In this document: piece by piece, positions 57,733-64,000 of the stretch | Layout: every line of letters begins with the position of its first letter | Position numbering within the stretch: the first letter of the stretch is position 1 | Origin: an uncultured Methanosarcinaceae archaeon | GTDB lineage: Archaea > Halobacteriota > Methanosarcinia > Methanosarcinales > Methanosarcinaceae | DNA: 64,000 nucleotides | NCBI GenBank assembly: GCA_963833425.1 | Contig: CAWHXP010000014.1 | Span: 32,001-96,000, forward strand | Reading direction: 5' to 3' | Program-made: the position numbers and the translations under genes | The notes under the pieces: model-generated | Told to the model about the DNA's origin: nothing | The model's database searches: none | Seen by the model: only the letters and a program-made list of their open reading frames with translations

Positions 57733-58014
57733 TTAATTCGCCTTAAAGAAAAGTTCGCAGTGGCAATTTCCATACCTTTCAACTTCTTCCTTATGATAGG
57801 CACAGGGACATACTATTTTTTGATCCTCTTTTTCAATTCCAGTGACTATTCTGCATGGACAGTAACGCCTTCCGAACTTTTCAATCTTGATCGCAAGTCC
57901 ATCAAGTACATAATCAAGAGCTTCTTTATCGGGGTTAAGCTTGTAGCCTGCTTTATTTGCGTATTTCTCAGTCCATTCATACATTTTTTGTTTTAATTCT
58001 TTATGCTCAGCCAT
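57733..58014 (-). CDS. Ferredoxin:thioredoxin reductase catalytic subunit family
   Basis: YCPCR, CPC and CHC motifs. Confidence 0.9.
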   Translation of the reverse strand: MAEHKELKQKMYEWTEKYANKAGYKLNPDKEALDYVLDGLAIKIEKFGRRYCPCRIVTGIEKEDQKIVCPCAYHKEEVERYGNCHCELFFKAN

Positions 58015-58536
58015 GAAAAAGCTCCTTCTGCTCTCAAAATTGAGACAACCCTGAGTAGCTATGAGAAGACTATACTAGAGTATTTATAAAAAGGATAGAT
58101 TAAATAATTCAAATCATGATACTAATACCTTCAATCATAATCCACAAACAATTTTTCATTATATTTTGTTCAAAATCTCATTCCAAAACTGTCATATCGA
58201 TTACGAATTAAGTTCTCAAACTATAAAATAATTGGTAAAACATTCATATATAGCTATTTCGAAAACATTAAATTTGATTTACAATTAAAAACTTATCTGT
58301 TAAAAAACAATCAAAGTTGACATTTCACAGATATACTTGAATGGAGAAGCTGTATGCCTACTATTATTCATTGAAAGTTAGATTAATATTTAAGCATTGT
58401 AATATTGAGAAAATAGATAGCATTCTATTATCTATAGAAAATGGAATTCAGTATTAAAAACATATAAAAGGAGGTATTTGAAAGGGGAGTTGCAATAAAT
58501 GGATAAATCTCATCTCAAGCTGACAGCTACTCTACA

Positions 58537-58622
58537 AGGGATTTTGATAAACCTTTGTTTGCATAGGCATATAGATACAATTTATAAGCATATGAAAAAT
58601 TTAGAGGTTTATCGAAATCCCT
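58537..58622. mobile_element. ~86-bp MITE
   Basis: agggattttgataaacc...ggtttatcgaaatccct, flanks taca/caca. Confidence 0.8.
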
Positions 58623-58663
58623 CACAATATAAGTACTTGGTTAATAATATGTAAATTTCATAT

Positions 58664-59077
58664 TTAGATAACGTTTACATTTAGTGTGAATATTTTCCCG
58701 ACACTTGTTTCTTTCATCCAGGGTCTCCTATATATCCCGAGTAACTGCTGATTTCCACTGGCTATTGCCTTAATTGTCCATTCTTGAATTTGGTACCCAC
58801 TGACCATGTGTGAAAATCCAGTTTGATAAATTTTCGTATTGATCAAAATTAGTCCGTTGCTGAAACGGATTTTCCATAAATAACCTGCCATCATATTTTC
58901 TTTCAGTTGCAGATTAAAAGAATCTCCTTTTTTGAGAGATATCGTCTCTCCATTATCATTATCATTTAGAACTTTATTCTCAGACGGCAACGCACTAATA
59001 ACTGTAGGAATTGCAGCCATAATTAAAACGATGATCATGAAAGTTGTTCTAAACAGATTTTTAGACATTAATATCAC
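58664..59077 (-). CDS. Secreted chagasin-like protease inhibitor (I42 family)
   Basis: Signal peptide, DNGETISLKKGDSF.L.L.EN...GYLW, YRRPW. Confidence 0.85.
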   Translation of the reverse strand: MILMSKNLFRTTFMIIVLIMAAIPTVISALPSENKVLNDNDNGETISLKKGDSFNLQLKENMMAGYLWKIRFSNGLILINTKIYQTGFSHMVSGYQIQEWTIKAIASGNQQLLGIYRRPWMKETSVGKIFTLNVNVI

Positions 59078-59646
59078 TCATTTATTTATAATAATTGATA
59101 CTCATATATACCAATTTCTATGAACTAATTAAAAAAAACAAACGATAGAGAATTAATTTTTTAATATAAACTTTATATGCTTTTCAGGCATTGCATCGGA
59201 GAAATATATAAAACTGGGATAGCTAAACTGAAAAAATTAATATCATTAAATTTTAAATGATAACAGAACTCAAATTGCATAAAAATAGCTTAAATAAAAA
59301 TATCTGCTGCACTTGATTTCTAATTTCAAGTGCTTAAACTCCAAAATCCTCTGTATTCGTGTTCTTAAATATTGTAATCAATGTTTGTCAGGGATTATAA
59401 TTCAGATTCTATAGTACTTTTTGTTCAAAACATATGGAATCGATACACTAGAATCCTATTTATCCAGAACTTTCAAAGAAATAATAAAACCATTTCCAAA
59501 AATTCATTAACTTAAAGATAACAAAAGCTCATTGAAAAAACTACCAAAAAGCCTAAAACTTAGAATAGGGGAAGAATTTGTCGTAAAAGAAATAAAAAAT
59601 ATTTAAAAAGGTGCCTCACACAATTTATAGATATCTATGCCAAATT

Positions 59647-59925
59647 TCAGGCATTTACAGCCTTGTTAAATACGTCAATGAACTCGTTACATTGAACGAT
59701 AATGATCGAAGCAGCATCTTTTAAAACCTCAATTGGATCTGTACCGTCCGTTTTGATGTAGAGAATCGGATCACTAATACTCACGTGTTTCATATCGTAA
59801 AAAGCGGCCTCAACCCTTGCATCTCTAATCAATAAGTCCTTAAACAAATTCAGAAGAGTGTGAGTTTCACCTTTGAGCTCAACTTCAAGCTCATAATCAG
59901 CTTTTGAAAGAATGTTCAATTCCAT
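59647..59925 (-). CDS. rpoL: DNA-directed RNA polymerase subunit L
   Basis: GETHTLLNL, YDMKH; follows csl4. Confidence 0.93.
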   Translation of the reverse strand: MELNILSKADYELEVELKGETHTLLNLFKDLLIRDARVEAAFYDMKHVSISDPILYIKTDGTDPIEVLKDAASIIIVQCNEFIDVFNKAVNA

Positions 59926-60001
59926 TGATGATCCCCTAAATAATAGTTAATAATACAGATTAATTTGTAAAAATTTATATTAACTCGTTGCGGGAAAAAA
60001 A

Positions 60002-60910
60002 TTACTTGATCCCTTTTCCGTATTTTGTTGAGATTTTGCGGATTTCAGTCATATTGCAGTCAGGACATTTAAGCTTTTTCCCTTCGAGCACAACTTCCCC
60101 TCTACAATTGGAGCAGTATGCTTTCACAACTCCAAGGGAATCCTCAGATGTGGTTAGGCGCATTCTCTCAGCATCTAGAACTTTAGCCCTGATAATATCT
60201 GATGGCCTGAACTCGTCTGAAAGTCTCTTGACGTAAGAGCCTCTTACATTTGACACATGAATATCTCCAAGTCTTGAATTAACAATTTCCCGATCTTCTT
60301 TACCTTCAATACCTGCAATTTCCACAGCCGCCCCGGATTCTCGGACGTCAATTATCTTTCCATACACAATATCTCCCACTTTAAGGATATTCGGAGTGAG
60401 AGTATTCGGCTTTACAGAAACTATCCTTGCTTTTCGATCAATAATTACATTGCCAATAGCAGTGGAGTAAACATTTCCAGCATATACTGCTGTTCCATTT
60501 CCTGGTTTAAACTCCTCTGTGCTCCCAACAAGTTCTCCTGGGAGAACAAAACATCCCTTTTCAAAATTGTTTCCCAATGTCTCTTCTACACGGGGGGCCC
60601 TAAAGTCAAGCACATTCGTCATCTCCCAAGAAGACTTTGGATAAGGCAATCTCCTTTTTTTACCCTGGTCTCCCTTGAACTGACCTTTGGATTGGTCCCT
60701 TGACTGGCTTTTAAACTGATATCTAGCCTGGTCCCTTGACTGACCCTTTAGCTGATTCCTAGTATGATTTCTAAATTGGTCCCTTGGTTGAACCTTAAAT
60801 TGATCCTTATTTTCTGAAACCATTTGAACCCCTATTTCAATAACTGGCTTTCCCTCACTTGGACCTGTCAATTTCTTCCTCGTAGTTTTATTTTTTCTAA
60901 TCCTAATCAT
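60002..60910 (-). CDS. csl4: Exosome RNA-binding protein Csl4 with a long N-terminal extension
   Basis: FVLPGE, S1 domain IHVSNV, Zn ribbon CSNC..CPDC, RKIS. Confidence 0.92.
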   Translation of the reverse strand: MIRIRKNKTTRKKLTGPSEGKPVIEIGVQMVSENKDQFKVQPRDQFRNHTRNQLKGQSRDQARYQFKSQSRDQSKGQFKGDQGKKRRLPYPKSSWEMTNVLDFRAPRVEETLGNNFEKGCFVLPGELVGSTEEFKPGNGTAVYAGNVYSTAIGNVIIDRKARIVSVKPNTLTPNILKVGDIVYGKIIDVRESGAAVEIAGIEGKEDREIVNSRLGDIHVSNVRGSYVKRLSDEFRPSDIIRAKVLDAERMRLTTSEDSLGVVKAYCSNCRGEVVLEGKKLKCPDCNMTEIRKISTKYGKGIK

Positions 60911-61175
60911 GATCCCTCATTTAATTGTCATAATTGGCGAATAGATATCTTAATCATAATGATTTGGTCAATTGAACAGATATATCCAATGCTGTTGGAT
61001 CGATTGAAAATAAACCCCAGGATAAAGAAAAGGTCATATTTTCATATTTTCTGACAGATTTCTTCTTTGAAGTCATAGAATTCAGCTCTATGTATACAGA
61101 GTTACATTATTTATAGAGCATGCATTTAATATTTGCATCATTTGGAACAGAATCTTGAGAAATTAAACTACAGAT

Positions 61176-61799
61176 TCAATACACGAATTGTACTGAATTT
61201 TGAATATATCCAGGAACAGTGATCCTGTAAATCTCTACTTCAATAACCTTTCTTTCCTTTTTATGAAAGTTGAAAATTCGTTTCATAGGAAATTTCGCAA
61301 CATAAGAATGTGTAATGACCGCAGGCTTAATGAACTTTTGGATAAAAGCAAAGCTTCCTCGATTGTGGATTGAATATATCACGTCACTTGTTCTTAATGC
61401 TGACGAAATAAAAGATCTATCCTTACCCTTTATCCTTGCTCCGAAAGGAGGATTCATAAGTGTAGTTTTTACATGACCCTCGATGCCTGCAACGTCCGAG
61501 AATATAAACTTTGCTTCTACTCCAAGCTTTTTGGCATTAATTTTTGCAATCTCAAGTGCTCCTGGATCCGCATCATACCCCACAACATTTTTGACTCCAA
61601 GGAGCTTGGCACCTATTGCAAGGATTCCTGTACCGCAGCCAAGATCCTGGACTGAATCATCAAGATCTCCCTGCATGAAAGCAAAGTGCAGAATTTCCGC
61701 AGCTAAAGGAGAAGGAGTTTGGTACTGCTCCAGCCCAATATCAGGATTTGAAAAACCTTCTATTGTTTCAAGCAATATTTCAAGTTTTCTTTGGTTCAT
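61176..61799 (-). CDS. METTL5-family RNA methyltransferase
   Basis: LEQYQTP, DLGCGTG, MNPPFG. Confidence 0.88.
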   Translation of the reverse strand: MNQRKLEILLETIEGFSNPDIGLEQYQTPSPLAAEILHFAFMQGDLDDSVQDLGCGTGILAIGAKLLGVKNVVGYDADPGALEIAKINAKKLGVEAKFIFSDVAGIEGHVKTTLMNPPFGARIKGKDRSFISSALRTSDVIYSIHNRGSFAFIQKFIKPAVITHSYVAKFPMKRIFNFHKKERKVIEVEIYRITVPGYIQNSVQFVY

Positions 61800-61912
61800 T
61801 TCATCGACTTTAGTTTTTTAAAGATATCTGGTTCATAATTTTTATATTATTGCTTTCATATAACTTATTTGCACTCTAGATCTTTATTTTTGATAAACCT
61901 GAAATAAAAAGA

Positions 61913-62920
61913 TCATATCGACTCTGCGGTAATTTCATCCAGCACGAGTCTTTCCCAGTCTCTTTCTCCAAGTACGATCTCAAACTCTTGAGGTGTCAGC
62001 ATGGGAGATTGAAAACGTCCTATTTCATCAATAGCAAGCCTCGGACAAGCTGTATTTACAAAAGCATCGACCTTGAAAGAGAGCAGCTGTTCAGGAGTTA
62101 CAAGATCCATAAGAATCAGATATGCAGCTTTTCCATGCCTTTTTGCACATTCTTTCAAAAAAAAAGCAAGTTCAAGCCTTTTCTGCCCGCTTTTGGTTGA
62201 GACAATTATACCAAAAACCTCAGCATCCAGAGATTTTGCAATTACAGCACTACGCTGACGAAGAATTCTTGAGGGATCTACTTCGCGAACTTCTCCGGAA
62301 AAAGGGTCAGCTGCAAGAACACGTTTTTGTGTAGAAAGGGCAACGCCTAAGGGATGGAAATCTCCACTTCCGATATATAGGTACTCATCACATTTTTCAG
62401 CCCTGGCAGCCGAAAAATTACATCCGAGTACTTGCCCCGGATAAGCTATCCTGGAATCACCGCGTCCGATCACGCAAGTCTTCCCGCTAGCCTCAAAAAT
62501 GGCGTGAGCTTCCTTAAGTTTATGGGCATGCTGAACAGTAGTAATTAACCCTATTATCTGCCCTTTAAGTTCAGGCACAGCTTTTTCAACAACATGTCCA
62601 ATATCAATTACAGAGCGCGCTTCTATAAAATAAACCTTATCTGAAAACTTCATATCCCCAAGACCTGCATGCCCAAAATGAAAGAGAATATCGACGTGTT
62701 CTATCAAGGTCCTATTCAAGTCACATGCCCCAAAACAGGGATCTCCGTATATAAAAACCTCAGCTCCAGTGGCTTTTTCAACTTTTTTTAGAATTTCGGT
62801 TCCCTTCTTTTTGAGTCCCTCAGGAAGCTGGAAACCTACAATTTTTGCTCCTGACTTGTGTATTATATGAATAATATAATCAGTCCTTAAATCAAATGCT
62901 TCACCGATCCCCAAATACAT
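61913..62920 (-). CDS. dph2: Diphthamide biosynthesis enzyme Dph2
   Basis: QLPEGLK, PCFGACD, GQVLGC, NTACPR (three Fe-S cysteines). Confidence 0.93.
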   Translation of the reverse strand: MYLGIGEAFDLRTDYIIHIIHKSGAKIVGFQLPEGLKKKGTEILKKVEKATGAEVFIYGDPCFGACDLNRTLIEHVDILFHFGHAGLGDMKFSDKVYFIEARSVIDIGHVVEKAVPELKGQIIGLITTVQHAHKLKEAHAIFEASGKTCVIGRGDSRIAYPGQVLGCNFSAARAEKCDEYLYIGSGDFHPLGVALSTQKRVLAADPFSGEVREVDPSRILRQRSAVIAKSLDAEVFGIIVSTKSGQKRLELAFFLKECAKRHGKAAYLILMDLVTPEQLLSFKVDAFVNTACPRLAIDEIGRFQSPMLTPQEFEIVLGERDWERLVLDEITAESI

Positions 62921-64000
62921 TTCTGATCTCCAATCCTTTCTCGCTCACATCAATTATAACAGAATATGGGGCCCAACCCCAAGCTCCTTTAATTTGGAAT
63001 AACCGTCTCCATATGAGATAACAAAAATCACATAATACCTTGAGACCCATAATTTTTAGCTTTTTCACGATTGCAAGTAGAATTTCTTCAATTATTATCA
63101 CACATCCAATATAATTATTATGTAATATTTTTTGAGCCCGTTTGTATGGATTAGACCTTTAGAATATTCTGTGCTTTGAGAAAGTTAAACTTTCTCTTCG
63201 AGGAAATAAGAATATTTACGGAAAATATTCAAAAGAATTCCTGACTTCAGGTAAAGGACATGTTCCACCCATCATCTCATAGTTATTGAGGCAACCTTGG
63301 AAAGAAGGATAACTCACGTATGCCTTCCTTGTGTATAGAAAATATACTATTGATTAGCAGTTATACCTACCTCAAAAATATTTTTTTATTTGATTAGTCT
63401 ATTCATCTGCCAGAGGAATTAATTATTTTTAACGTACAAATAAATAAAGTGATTTATTAAACAAAAACCCAAAGATGATTAAATTTATAATTGACTCAAA
63501 AGCTAAAATCAATATTGTAGGATTTGATAATGAAAAAAATAGCTTTAGGGGTATAAATAGGAATTCGATGGGATATAAATCCTTATCTAAAAATCATTAC
63601 TTATTTTGAGAAAAGATATATGTGCAAAAACATTTCCTCTATCTGATAGAGCTACATGATATAAATCAAAATAAGAGAAAAAATTTATCAGACAATAAGC
63701 AATTATTGTAAAGACTATATTTTTAGCTCAGCTACTCTAAATATAAACCGAACTAGATATTATCGGAAAACCACAAAAAAGTTAGGACGCATAAAAAAAA
63801 TTATTAAATAACTGCTGAAAAAATTTACCTTTATACATAATTTGTAAAATTACTTAAAATTGTTACTACATCTATATAACAGACACAAATGCATGCAGAA
63901 ATCAAAAAGCAAAGAGATTTTCTAAACATAATAATTGAGTGCAAATATGTATTTTATTTCAGCTGCTATATATAATAATAAAAAAATTATATAAAGAAGG

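Noticed and set aside
50764..58622. Recurring gaggatttcgataaa repeats as a CRISPR array
   Set aside because: The repeats are inverted pairs, irregularly spaced, with homologous interiors and ends matching IS5. No cas genes are present.
16900..62334. Many short antisense or overlapping ORFs in the track (e.g. 18996..19409, 22734..23156, 28514..28969, 40893..41330)
   Set aside because: They are shadows of well-supported genes on the opposite strand and have no motifs of their own

Overview
AT-rich archaeal chromosomal segment that looks Methanosarcina-like. The call rests on gene content: fwdG/B/D, archaeal histone, rpoL-csl4, dph2, radB, archaeal DNA ligase, dnaG and elp3. The first ~14 kb is an accessory cell-surface sugar region (rmlA, wecE-type aminotransferase, methyltransferase, WbqC, GT2, two SMR/EamA-type proteins, a GT-C-like membrane protein, an acyltransferase-3). 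Housekeeping genes follow, separated by long intergenic tracts containing many decayed genes and mobile DNA. The mobile DNA includes two defective IS5-group copies plus fragments, two near-identical defective ISH1-like copies with 8-bp target duplications, a frameshifted IS6, IS200/IS605 and IS110 remnants, and about ten ~88-bp MITEs sharing the IS5 ends. Most notable: an Arn-like amino-sugar transfer cassette, a perfect 78-bp inverted MITE pair upstream of fwdGBD, dead IS copies that seem to have moved in trans, a repeated operator before marR and lon, a 46-aa zinc-finger ORF missing from the ORF track, and a long ORF-poor region before dnaG. I recognised no rRNA, tRNA or CRISPR array. All comparisons were made by eye and no searches were run.
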